Assembly: GCA_963693055.1 (NCBI GenBank)
Contig: OY843751.1
Coordinates: 1,408,001-1,472,000 of the forward strand
DNA length: 64,000 bases
Origin: a bacterium
Lineage (GTDB): Bacteria > Zhuqueibacterota > Zhuqueibacteria > Residuimicrobiales > Krinioviventaceae
Reading direction: 5' to 3'
Below are positions 10,044 through 19,819 of the stretch, piece by piece. The position numbers and the translations under genes were made by a program. The stretch's first letter is position 1. Each line of letters begins with the position of its first letter. The notes under the pieces are model-generated. The model did no database searches, was not told where the DNA came from, and saw nothing but the letters and a program-made list of their open reading frames with translations.

Positions 10044-10985
10044 TTACGGTTGGTGGGTATTGCTCCAGTTCAAACCGTTCTTGTGATTGATACTGTGTGC
10101 AATGTCAGAAGCAATTTTGAAATATTCTTGCATTTCTTTTGAATTGTGGGTTGTTTTGTAAAAATCATATAGCGCTTGCGCACTGGTCATCATAGCAAAT
10201 GGAGCATTTATATCAACTGCAATATCATAGGCGGTAAGCAAATATTCCAATGCAGTTTCTGTATTACCCCTAGCTGATTCCAGCTGCCCCATGGTAATGT
10301 ATGAAAATGGCAGGAACGGTTTTAATCCGATTTGCTGACGCAGTCCCAGCGAGCGTTTGTGGAGCGGATAAGAAGCGTCTACATCTCCATTGCGTTGATG
10401 CGCTTTACCCAGATGTCGGATTGCAAATGAAAGTTCGTACTGATATTGATAATCCTCTGCAATACTGCCTGCTCTTGAGAAATGTTCAACAGCCCTTTCA
10501 AACTGCTGTTCTTGTTCATCTGTCTGACCCAAATGAATTAATACTTTGCAAACACCAATACTGTGGTCATAGTTTTCATAAATTTTTAATGCAGTATCGA
10601 AATGATTGCGGGCCTCAGCAAGACTGCCGGATTGCTGGTGTTCAAACCGGTGCAGCATGGCATTACCAATCTCGTCATTGGCATCTGCAATTTGCAAGTC
10701 TGCATCAATCTGTTTTGCCAAATCTAATGCTTTGTTAAGGGAAAACAGGGCCTCGTCATAACTGCTGTTATGTAGAAATGCTGTCATCTCCTGAATACGT
10801 CCCAGTTGCACCCACAAAGAAACGCGGTTCTGGGCCCATTTTGCATATTCCGGGATGCTGCTTAGTGCGGTTTCTACCAAAATTTCTGCTTCTTTTAGCT
10901 GACCATTGTTGTATTGGCGGCAGGACAACTCGTAAACGGATTGGTAATAGGTATGGAAATTTTTGTTATCTTTGAAACTGGTCAT
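10044..10985 (-). CDS. Tetratricopeptide repeat protein
   Basis: Repeated TPR-like helices (LG...A...F..AL). Confidence 0.75.
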   Translation of the reverse strand: MTSFKDNKNFHTYYQSVYELSCRQYNNGQLKEAEILVETALSSIPEYAKWAQNRVSLWVQLGRIQEMTAFLHNSSYDEALFSLNKALDLAKQIDADLQIADANDEIGNAMLHRFEHQQSGSLAEARNHFDTALKIYENYDHSIGVCKVLIHLGQTDEQEQQFERAVEHFSRAGSIAEDYQYQYELSFAIRHLGKAHQRNGDVDASYPLHKRSLGLRQQIGLKPFLPFSYITMGQLESARGNTETALEYLLTAYDIAVDINAPFAMMTSAQALYDFYKTTHNSKEMQEYFKIASDIAHSINHKNGLNWSNTHQP

Positions 10986-11164
10986 TATATTTCCTTATTT
11001 TAGTATTGGAGATACTTATTAGAACCACAATGAAACCATAAATCATCCATAAATCAATTCCGGTATACATTAAATTCCTTGACTTTGTAAATCGTGTTGC
11101 TGAAATTACAGGGTATTCACATCCGAATATATTCACAACATTGCAGTAAAAAGCGGAGTTGATA

Positions 11165-12682
11165 ATGAAGAGAATGCTATTAATATTCTCCATGCTCTAT
11201 TTCTATATAAACAGTTTTGCGCAAATTTTTAATGAGCTTCCCTATACAGCGGATTTGGGCAGTGGAATGTATCAAAATCCCATATTGGCAGGAGATTATG
11301 CCGATCCTTCAATTTTAAGAGATGGTGATGATTTTTATATGACCCATTCCTCGTTTTATTACTGTCCTGGATTGATGGTGTGGCATTCAAAAGATTTGGT
11401 GAACTGGCAGCCTATTGGACATGCATTGCATGAATACCTGGGATCGGTTTGGGCTCCCGAATTGATCAAGCATAAGGACAAATACTATATTTATATTCCC
11501 ATAGAAGGTACCAATTATGTGGTAACAGCAGATTCTCCGGCAGGTCCCTGGAGTGAACCGGTTGAGATCCTAGTCGAGAAAATAGATCCCGGGCACGTTG
11601 TGGGACCGGATGGTACCCGCTACCTCTATTTTTCCGGCGGGTATTATGTAGAGCTGTCAGATGATGGATTGTCTGCTATAAGCGAAATGAAGCAGGTTTA
11701 TGAGGGTTGGCCTATTCCTCAGGAGTGGCTGATACAGTGCATGTGCCTGGAATCTCCCAAGATTATTTTTCATGATGGATATTATCATCTTATTGTTGCC
11801 CAGGGAGGAACAGCTGGGCCTCCAACCGCACATATGGTAGTAACGGCCCGTTCCAAATCTCCCACAGGGCCCTGGGAAAACTCGCCTTTTAATCCTATTG
11901 TGCACACCTGGAGCAGCAGTGAAAAATGGTGGGCAAAAGGGCATGGAACTATGGTGCAGGACCTGGATGACAAGTGGTGGATTGTCTACCATGGTTATGA
12001 AAAAGGATACTATACGCTGGGACGTCAAACCCTGATGGAGCCTATTGAATGGACTGCGGATGGATGGCCGCGGGTACCTGCAACGATCCGGACTGATTTG
12101 CCTATTCAAAAGCCCGCGGGTGGGGAATCTCGCCCGACTTTAACATTATCTGATGATTTTTCAAATCAATCCCTGGGGTACCAATGGACCTTTTATAAAG
12201 CCTGGGAACCGGAGCGGTTTTGTATCAAAGATGGCTCACTGTTTCTGGATGCGTGCGGGAACAGTCCCAGAGCCAGTTCTCCCATGCTGTGTATGCCGGC
12301 GCATCATTCCTACGAGGCGCAGGTAGAGTTTGAGATCACTGGTGAAGCAACTGCAGGTTTGCTATTATTCTACAGTGAAAAAGCATACGGGGGAATTGCA
12401 ACTGATGGAAAAAAGATCAGTCAATATCGTCGTGCTGAAAAGGGTAACGCTGGTAATTGGCCCTTTGAAAAACATGGGTTCCTCAAGCTGGTAAATAATA
12501 CACATACGGTTGCATTTTATTACAGTCAGGATGGTAAAGACTGGAAAAAGCTGGACCGTTCCATTCAAACAGACGGTTATCATCATAATGCTTTTGGTGA
12601 CTTTATGGCGTTACGGATAGGGCTGGTATCTATGGGCAGTGGTACGGTTCGTTTTGATAATTTTAAATATCATGAGAATTAG
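11165..12682 (+). CDS. Glycoside hydrolase family 43 (beta-xylosidase/arabinofuranosidase) with C-terminal beta-sandwich
   Basis: YQNPILAGDYADPSI, VWAPEL, IDPGH, CLESPK, LGRQTL, SDDF; signal peptide. Confidence 0.92.
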   Translation: MKRMLLIFSMLYFYINSFAQIFNELPYTADLGSGMYQNPILAGDYADPSILRDGDDFYMTHSSFYYCPGLMVWHSKDLVNWQPIGHALHEYLGSVWAPELIKHKDKYYIYIPIEGTNYVVTADSPAGPWSEPVEILVEKIDPGHVVGPDGTRYLYFSGGYYVELSDDGLSAISEMKQVYEGWPIPQEWLIQCMCLESPKIIFHDGYYHLIVAQGGTAGPPTAHMVVTARSKSPTGPWENSPFNPIVHTWSSSEKWWAKGHGTMVQDLDDKWWIVYHGYEKGYYTLGRQTLMEPIEWTADGWPRVPATIRTDLPIQKPAGGESRPTLTLSDDFSNQSLGYQWTFYKAWEPERFCIKDGSLFLDACGNSPRASSPMLCMPAHHSYEAQVEFEITGEATAGLLLFYSEKAYGGIATDGKKISQYRRAEKGNAGNWPFEKHGFLKLVNNTHTVAFYYSQDGKDWKKLDRSIQTDGYHHNAFGDFMALRIGLVSMGSGTVRFDNFKYHEN

Positions 12683-12711
12683 AATTTATCCGCAATGAGG
12701 GATAGCTTGAA

Positions 12712-13665
12712 ATGAAACATGTCATCATTGGCATTCATGGATTGGGAAACAAACCACCAAAGCCGGTTTTGAAAAAATGGTGGAAATTGTCCATGCGAGA
12801 GGGTTTGATCAAAGCTGGGAAGGAGCGGCTGTTCATTCCCTTTGAACTGGTTTATTGGGCTGATTTGCTGCACGAAAAGCCGCTTGAAATAAAAATGACC
12901 AACCACCATAATCCATTGTTAGACAGAGAGCCATACCTGCCCGGGACCCTGCTTGAAGCGGAACCGCAGGCCAAACCGTCATGGCTGCTGGGATTCATTG
13001 AAAACCAACTGGACAAGATTTTTTTAAACGATGATATGAGTCTCAATCTCAGGGGCGTAACAGACAAGATTATTCACAAATATTTCAAAGATTTAGAGTC
13101 CTATTATACCGAATCCCGGTTGACGCTGGATGAGCAGGAATCAGTCAAAATTGCAATCCAGAATCGTTTGCTCAGGGTTTTGCACAAGTACAGGCATTAT
13201 AAGATTTTATTGATTGCGCATTCCATGGGATCCATAGTAGCATATGATGTCCTGAGTCCGCAGGAACAGCCCATGGTGCATTCAATGGTGACCATTGGCT
13301 CTCCATTGGGATTACCGGTTATTGTGGGACGTATCCTGGCTGAGCAAAAAGAGCGTGGTAATGATCTCGACAAACCCCGGGTACCGGAAAGTATACGGGG
13401 TACATGGGTAAACATGTCCGATTATCGGGATAAAGTCGCACTGGACCATACCCTGGCAGACGACTATGAGAGAAACAGTCGGGGACTTTTAGTAGCGGAC
13501 AAGTTTGTATATAATGACTACAGTGTGGATGGAGAAGCCAATCCCCACAAAGCCTATGGCTACCTGCGTACTAAAGAAATGGCAGAGGTTGTTAATGAAT
13601 TTCTACCGGACAGGATTTGGGACAAGATGTATCGGGTGGTAAGAGAGAAAAGAAGAAAGAATTAA
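12712..13665 (+). CDS. Putative alpha/beta hydrolase (lipase/esterase-like)
   Basis: IHGLG oxyanion motif, AHSMGS elbow, VTIGSPLG, D-K-V and NPHKAYGY. Confidence 0.7.
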   Translation: MKHVIIGIHGLGNKPPKPVLKKWWKLSMREGLIKAGKERLFIPFELVYWADLLHEKPLEIKMTNHHNPLLDREPYLPGTLLEAEPQAKPSWLLGFIENQLDKIFLNDDMSLNLRGVTDKIIHKYFKDLESYYTESRLTLDEQESVKIAIQNRLLRVLHKYRHYKILLIAHSMGSIVAYDVLSPQEQPMVHSMVTIGSPLGLPVIVGRILAEQKERGNDLDKPRVPESIRGTWVNMSDYRDKVALDHTLADDYERNSRGLLVADKFVYNDYSVDGEANPHKAYGYLRTKEMAEVVNEFLPDRIWDKMYRVVREKRRKN

Positions 13666-13707
13666 CTTAATCAGAATACATGTTATTGTGTTAATTATCT
13701 TTTAATT

Positions 13708-14394
13708 TTGATATATTGTATTATGAAAATACATTTTTACATTTTTTATTTGTTTCTATTCTCGATTGTGACTGGTTGCACCAATCCCGAAACATCAATC
13801 AAACTTGAACCGGGGGACCTGCTGTTTCAGGATCTGGATGGCAGTCCTTTTTATGATGCTATTGAAAAAGTAACGCAGGGATATAAAGGAGCGAATTTCG
13901 CCCATATCGGGATTATTGTTGATGGCCCGCACGAAGAACCGGTGGTGCTTGAGGCTATTGGGCGGGGAGTTTGCACCACACCGGTGGATACGTTCCTGGC
14001 GCGTAGTCATGACAGTAATAACCATCCCAAAGTGATTGTGGGGAGGTTAAAACCGCAATACCGTCACCTCATTGCACCTGCGCTGGAACGATTGAATGGG
14101 TACCTTGGTAAACCCTATGATCATATTTTTGATATCAATAACGACACTTATTATTGCTCGGAACTGGTTTATCTTTCCTATCTTGATGAAACCGGCAAAT
14201 CTCTGTTTAAACTGTATCCCATGACATTTATCGACCCCGATACGCGTGAGACCTTTCCAGCCTGGGTGGACTATTATCAGGAATTGGGTGTTGATATTCC
14301 CGAGGGTGAGCCGGGACTGAATCCCGGTGGTATTTCACGCTCCCCGGTATTGGATATTGTACACATGTATGGAAATCCGGATGGAATGAATTGA
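13708..14394 (+). CDS. YiiX/YebB-like permuted NlpC/P60 cysteine hydrolase, lipoprotein
   Basis: PGDLLFQ, AHIGI, VLEA, GKPYD..F, YYCSELVY; lipobox VTGC; likely ATG at 13723. Confidence 0.85.
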   Translation: MIYCIMKIHFYIFYLFLFSIVTGCTNPETSIKLEPGDLLFQDLDGSPFYDAIEKVTQGYKGANFAHIGIIVDGPHEEPVVLEAIGRGVCTTPVDTFLARSHDSNNHPKVIVGRLKPQYRHLIAPALERLNGYLGKPYDHIFDINNDTYYCSELVYLSYLDETGKSLFKLYPMTFIDPDTRETFPAWVDYYQELGVDIPEGEPGLNPGGISRSPVLDIVHMYGNPDGMN

Positions 14395-14497
14395 CTATCT
14401 GCTCTGTAATCGTAATAAAGTGATGTAATTTTATAATATTCATGGTGTGTTTATTCATCCAATCTTTTACAGAATCGTTTAAAAAAGGGGCAAAAGA

Positions 14498-16471
14498 ATG
14501 AAACGATTTATGTTTATACTCTTGGTTTTTCTTGCAACTAGTACTCTTGCAAAAGAGATTCAATCTGAATCTAAAGTGGCTTCTGCTACAGTTTTCCGCA
14601 ATCGGGCAATGGTGGTCCGTGAGGCATCCGTCAATGTGAGCAAGGGACAGAATACGATCAAAATTTCTGAAATGACCAGTGATCTTTTGGATGAGACGGT
14701 TCGCGTGTCTGTTCAGGGGAATTTCCGGGTCAAGATTCTGGATGTGAATGTGGAACGACAATATACAATCGAGATTCAAAAAGAGCGAATCCGGTATATG
14801 CAAGCCAAAATCGATTCTCTTGAAGAATTGAAAAAAGCAGCATCAGACCAGCTTGCGATCCTTGAAAGTAAAAAGGCTTTTGTAGAGTCGTTAAAAGCGG
14901 AATCGGTCAAGCTTGAAAACCAGAAAATGTTGCTGGAAAAATCAACAGTCCAGGATTGGTCCAATATGCTGGGTTTTGTAGATACCAATTTGAATGCTAT
15001 TTACAAAGATATGCGCAAGCAAAATCAACACATCAAAGAACTGGATGAAGAAATCGCCGCCATTCAACAGAACATGCGCCAAACCCAGCGGGATGAGGCC
15101 AAAGATTTCAAGGAAATCTTTATAGAATTGGATGCAGACAGAGCCGCTTCTATTGTTTTAGATATATCATATATTACCCAAAGCGCGAGCTGGTATCCTA
15201 CATATGATGCAAGGGTAGACATTGATGATCAAACCATTGAACTGTCATATTACGCAATGGTACAGCAATCCACCGGTGAGGACTGGCAGGATGTTGACCT
15301 GGACTTTTCAACCGCTGAACCCTTGTCCGTGAAATCAATCCCTGAACTACAACGCTGGTATTTGAATACACGTACCCCCGCACTGAGACGATCAAGACCC
15401 AGTACTCCCAGTGCACCCAGTGCGAGTTATCCGCGTATCAATGTGGATTATACTCCCAATTTTGGTCTGGCAAACGGTATTGGTGCCATATCGGGATACG
15501 TCAGGTCGGCAACTGATAGAGATCCGTTGCCTGGTGCAAATTTAAGTTTACAGGGAACACGATTAGGGGCAGCATCGGACAGAAATGGAAAATTTTATAT
15601 AGCAAATGTACCGATGGGCAGTTATCAGCTTGATGTTAATGTGATTGGTTATGGTCGGCAGATCGTAAAAGTTGATGTGCTTGCAAAACAAACAGCGAGT
15701 TTGAACATTACACTTGCAGAGCAGGCGCTTGAGGGCGAAGCTGTAACAGTTATGGCAGAAAGAAATACGTTTTTAGACCAGTCAAAATCTTTTGAGACTG
15801 GGGCAGGTTCCCTTGAAAAGGAAAAAGCTGTTTATACTCAGGTTGAACAAAGTGAACTGGCAACCACTTTCAAAGTGCCGGTTAAAAGTTCTGTGCCGGG
15901 TGATAACAACACCCATAAAGTAACACTTGCCATTGATGAGATGCCCGTATCGTTTGATTATACCAGCATCCCCAAAAAAGTACCTGCTGTATTTCTCAAA
16001 GGCAAAGCCGCCAATACAAATGACTATCCATTATTGGAAGGCAATATCAACGTATTTGTAGATAACGAGTTTGTAAACAAAACCTATTTAAAGAATATAG
16101 TACCTACGGACACATTGGAACTGACACTGGGCGTGGACAATCATATAACTGTTGAAAAGAACCTGATTAACAAGTTTACAGAAAACAAGGGCCTCATCAA
16201 AGGCAGTAGAAAAATTACCTATGAATACGAGATTGTTCTTAAAAATAATCGCAAGACAGAAAAGACTATTCGCTTGTACGATCAACTGCCAATCCCCATG
16301 GATGAAAAGATAAAGGTGGAACTGATAGAACCGGACAAGGAAATGAAAGATTTAAGTAATGATCGAAAACTGGACTGGACATTGAAAATCAAAGCGGGTG
16401 AAGAAAAGAAAATTCCTTTAAAATATGTGGTTGAATTTCCACAAAATCTGTCTGTATATGGATTGGAATAA
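14498..16471 (+). CDS. Mucoidy inhibitor MuiA family (DUF4140/DUF4139) protein with an inserted carboxypeptidase-regulatory-like domain
   Basis: ATVFRNRAMVVR, coiled coil, ASWYPTYD, QSTGEDW, PLLEGNINVF, LTLGVD, DQLPIP; insert ISGYV...PLPGAN...GAASDRNGKF...IGY. Confidence 0.85.
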   Translation: MKRFMFILLVFLATSTLAKEIQSESKVASATVFRNRAMVVREASVNVSKGQNTIKISEMTSDLLDETVRVSVQGNFRVKILDVNVERQYTIEIQKERIRYMQAKIDSLEELKKAASDQLAILESKKAFVESLKAESVKLENQKMLLEKSTVQDWSNMLGFVDTNLNAIYKDMRKQNQHIKELDEEIAAIQQNMRQTQRDEAKDFKEIFIELDADRAASIVLDISYITQSASWYPTYDARVDIDDQTIELSYYAMVQQSTGEDWQDVDLDFSTAEPLSVKSIPELQRWYLNTRTPALRRSRPSTPSAPSASYPRINVDYTPNFGLANGIGAISGYVRSATDRDPLPGANLSLQGTRLGAASDRNGKFYIANVPMGSYQLDVNVIGYGRQIVKVDVLAKQTASLNITLAEQALEGEAVTVMAERNTFLDQSKSFETGAGSLEKEKAVYTQVEQSELATTFKVPVKSSVPGDNNTHKVTLAIDEMPVSFDYTSIPKKVPAVFLKGKAANTNDYPLLEGNINVFVDNEFVNKTYLKNIVPTDTLELTLGVDNHITVEKNLINKFTENKGLIKGSRKITYEYEIVLKNNRKTEKTIRLYDQLPIPMDEKIKVELIEPDKEMKDLSNDRKLDWTLKIKAGEEKKIPLKYVVEFPQNLSVYGLE

Positions 16472-16551
16472 CTGTGATGCATTGGTAATGCGCTTGTGGG
16501 AATCATACAGGATTTGTATATTTCACGAGTAAAGTTGTATAGGAGGTCGTT

Positions 16552-18162
16552 GTGAAAAGATTGTATGTATTGCCCTTAATTTTATTTTTATTCTTGAATT
16601 GCAGCAAGCCCAAGTTAACTTTGGATGAAATGCTGCCAACTAAAGATGAGGTTGGGGCTGCAGTTATGCCGGCTGAAATTGCTCCTATACAGGCACCGTT
16701 TGATATGTCTGCGGTTAAACGTCCGCAATTTCCGGAGCGTAGTTACAATATCACGGACTTTGGAGCGGTTGAGGGAGGAGAAACCCTTTGTCGGGATGCA
16801 ATCCAGGCTGCAATTGATAAAGCCAGCGCCGATGGCGGAGGCAAGGTACTCATTCCGGCAGGTAAATGGCTGACCGGACGTATTGAATTGAAATCCAATG
16901 TTAATCTGGAATTGGCAGAGGGAGCAGAATTACATTTTAGCGGAGAGATACAAGATTACCTGCCGCCGGTATTTTGTCGTTCAGAAGGGCTTGAGGTGTT
17001 TAGCCTGGGTGCGTTTATTTACGCGTACAAACAGGAAAATATTGCGCTCACCGGAAAAGGTACATTGATAGGACCAGATGAAGGACCTGCCCGTGAAAGT
17101 GTATTGAAAACCGTATCCGATAAAATTGTATCCGTAGATACGCCGGTTAAAGATCGTATTTATGATGGTACTCACGATCCGGTTTACTTTAGGCCCTATT
17201 CAATCAGTCCTGTTGAATGCAAGGGTGTTTTGGTTGAAGGTGTAACAATTGTGCATGGAGCTTTCTGGAATGTGGTACCGGTATATTGTGACAATGTGAT
17301 CGTACGCGGTGTCCAGATCGAGAGTGTTGGGGTAGTTAATGGTGACGGAGTCAATATTGAATCCAGTCGAAATGTACTGGTCGAGTACTGTACCGTGCGT
17401 ACGGGGGACGACAGCTATTGCTGCAAAGCCGGTAGAAACGAAGATGGTATCCGCACCAACCGTCCCGTTGAAAATGTAGTATTCCGCAACCTGCTAACGC
17501 TGGGTGGTCATGGTGGTATAACATTTGGCAGTGAGACAGCAGGACAAATACGAAATGTATATGTGCATGATTGTGTTTTTGATCGTAATGATATGGGCAT
17601 TCGCTTTAAAACCCGTAGGCCTCGTGGTGGCGGTGGTGAATTCCTGACCATTGAAAATATTCGTATGGATGTGAAAAAAAATGCCATCGAATGGGACATG
17701 CTGGGCCTTGCCATGTGGGTGGGTGAACTTGCAGAGCGGTTACCCCTGCGCCCCACAACACCGTTAACGCCATATTATCGTAATATTACAATCCGGAATG
17801 TGTTGGGAAAAACAGGCAGACATTGTATCCAGATGGAGGGACTACCCGAGAGTACCGCGAAAGATGTCCTCATTGAGAATATTCAATTGGAATGCCTGCG
17901 TGGAATTACACTCACAGATGGTGAGAATATAGAACTTAAAAATATTGATATCACATTTACTGAAGAACCCCTATTTAATGTGCGTGACAGCTGGAACATT
18001 GCAACTGAAAATGTTAAGATGAAAACACCACTTGAACCCACAGTCAAAATCTTTGGTGAGCGCTGTGCAAATATCAATCTGGATGGATTGATAATAAACG
18101 ACGGCCAAAAGCCAAAGCTCGTTGCCGAAGAACAGGCTGATCCGGCGACTGTTAAATTTTAG
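16552..18162 (+). CDS. Glycoside hydrolase family 28 (polygalacturonase-like), lipoprotein
   Basis: NITDFGA, IPAGKWLTGRIELKSNVNL, NGDG, TGDD, GHGGITFGSE, RFKT. Confidence 0.92.
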   Translation: MKRLYVLPLILFLFLNCSKPKLTLDEMLPTKDEVGAAVMPAEIAPIQAPFDMSAVKRPQFPERSYNITDFGAVEGGETLCRDAIQAAIDKASADGGGKVLIPAGKWLTGRIELKSNVNLELAEGAELHFSGEIQDYLPPVFCRSEGLEVFSLGAFIYAYKQENIALTGKGTLIGPDEGPARESVLKTVSDKIVSVDTPVKDRIYDGTHDPVYFRPYSISPVECKGVLVEGVTIVHGAFWNVVPVYCDNVIVRGVQIESVGVVNGDGVNIESSRNVLVEYCTVRTGDDSYCCKAGRNEDGIRTNRPVENVVFRNLLTLGGHGGITFGSETAGQIRNVYVHDCVFDRNDMGIRFKTRRPRGGGGEFLTIENIRMDVKKNAIEWDMLGLAMWVGELAERLPLRPTTPLTPYYRNITIRNVLGKTGRHCIQMEGLPESTAKDVLIENIQLECLRGITLTDGENIELKNIDITFTEEPLFNVRDSWNIATENVKMKTPLEPTVKIFGERCANINLDGLIINDGQKPKLVAEEQADPATVKF

Positions 18163-18176
18163 AATAATTTGTCATT

Positions 18177-18205
18177 CGGATACCGATTTGATCGGTATCC
18201 GTTTT
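18177..18205 (+). terminator. Rho-independent terminator
   Basis: CGGATACCGAT-TTG-ATCGGTATCCG followed by TTTT. Confidence 0.7.
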
Positions 18206-18221
18206 AATATATGAGGATGCT

Positions 18222-18668
18222 ATGAAAGAAATTGCAGAGCAGTTGAATGAATTGATAACAGATGCAAAACCGGGCTTGATGCAATTGGAACCTGGAATGG
18301 TTAAAAATAAGCCAAACCCTGAAAAATGGTCAAAGCAGGAAATATTGGGGCACTTGATCGATTCTGCTTCCAATAATCATCATCGTTTTGTGAGGGCTGG
18401 TTATGATGCGGTTAAAGACTTTCCTCCATACGATCCCGATAACTGGGTGAAATTGCAGCAGTATAACGAGATGCCTTGGAACAATATGGTGGAATTGTTT
18501 TGCCTTTATAATTTACACCTGGTACATGTTTTAAATATTTTCCCCGTTGAAAAGTTGAATAGCATGTGTTACTTTGTTGGTAAAGATAATCCGGTTACCA
18601 TTGAATATGTTATTCGCGATTACCTTCGTCATTTAAAACACCACCTGGACCAAATTTTAGAAAAATAG
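18222..18668 (+). CDS. DinB family protein
   Basis: KWSKQEILGHLIDSASNNHHRFVR ... DYLRHLKHHLDQI. Confidence 0.9.
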   Translation: MKEIAEQLNELITDAKPGLMQLEPGMVKNKPNPEKWSKQEILGHLIDSASNNHHRFVRAGYDAVKDFPPYDPDNWVKLQQYNEMPWNNMVELFCLYNLHLVHVLNIFPVEKLNSMCYFVGKDNPVTIEYVIRDYLRHLKHHLDQILEK

Positions 18669-18672
18669 CTGA

Positions 18673-19566
18673 ATGATTAAAGAAATAATTAGCTTTGTGC
18701 AGCGGAACAGTGTGCTTCCACCGGCATTTCAAACCATGTTGATAAGTGCATTAAATCTCGTTAAAGAAGAGGATGAAAGGCAAGAGCTTTGTGAACTGGC
18801 TTGTGCTGTCTCTAACAGATCCTGGCAGGATTGGATAGCCGATCGAAAGCCGGAAGATAATCGCAAAGAGCATGAGTGGATCGTGTTTTTGAATTTGATG
18901 CGTATTGCCCAATGTGAAAAATTATCACTGTCTGAAAAACGGATTGCAACCGCATTCGCATTTACACATGATTCCTATTTTATCAAGCGGATCATGGAAG
19001 CCACCATTGAAGAAATAAAAGAGGATGCAAAGCGATTACTCGAAATAAATCCTGAGCAATCCCTACAATTAATGGACAAGGCGGAAAAGCTGGAAAAAGA
19101 TAAAGCAGATCAACGCAACCAGCATATGAACAAAGGTGCTGAAAACGCCAGGATACTGCTTGATGACTTGACAGGATTTGAAACTGACCGAAAATTAATG
19201 GCACTTGAGGAAATTGATCGCTGTTGTGAAATTATTAGGAATCATGACAAGTGGAAAACCAGAGTGCCGTATCCGCTCGGGAGTGACAAACTAGCAGTCG
19301 TCTGTGTTGAAGCAGATGCCCTTTGGCCCATGCACCCATTAGGTGTATTGGCAGATATTGAACGTCCTGATGAAAATGGTAACACTCTGGATCCTGATGA
19401 TCCGAATAGCTGGCGACAAAAGGTTGATGAAAGTCTGGGAACGCTTTTACGTTATCAACAAAACTGGTATGGATTAGGGGAATCTTTTAAAGACGCTGAT
19501 TCCATATTCCGTACCCCTGAAGGTTTCCGGATATTTAATCAGTGGCGTGAGTTTTGGGGGATTTAA
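18673..19566 (+). CDS. Hypothetical protein, divergent HD-domain-like
   Basis: EHE...AFTHDS...QHMNKGA...IIRNHD...EADAL, matching the H/HD/H/H/D spacing of the HD superfamily. Confidence 0.6.
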   Translation: MIKEIISFVQRNSVLPPAFQTMLISALNLVKEEDERQELCELACAVSNRSWQDWIADRKPEDNRKEHEWIVFLNLMRIAQCEKLSLSEKRIATAFAFTHDSYFIKRIMEATIEEIKEDAKRLLEINPEQSLQLMDKAEKLEKDKADQRNQHMNKGAENARILLDDLTGFETDRKLMALEEIDRCCEIIRNHDKWKTRVPYPLGSDKLAVVCVEADALWPMHPLGVLADIERPDENGNTLDPDDPNSWRQKVDESLGTLLRYQQNWYGLGESFKDADSIFRTPEGFRIFNQWREFWGI

Positions 19567-19819
19567 GAAAAGTTATTATTTAGATACTGCCCACCTTGAA
19601 AATATTAATTTACTTTTTCTTATTTTATTCTTTTTTGAAAAAACTTTTTAAAAATTCATGTTTTTATTTATCATTTAACAAAAATTGTTTTTTCTGTTTA
19701 TGGTTTTTTTTGTAAATATTTTTCTTGATTCTTAATAAATTCTGCTTTATACTATAAGTCGATAGGGAAGTTTTGGGTATCTTTTAGTTAATCTAGAAGT
19801 AAAATTAAAGTGGGACACC

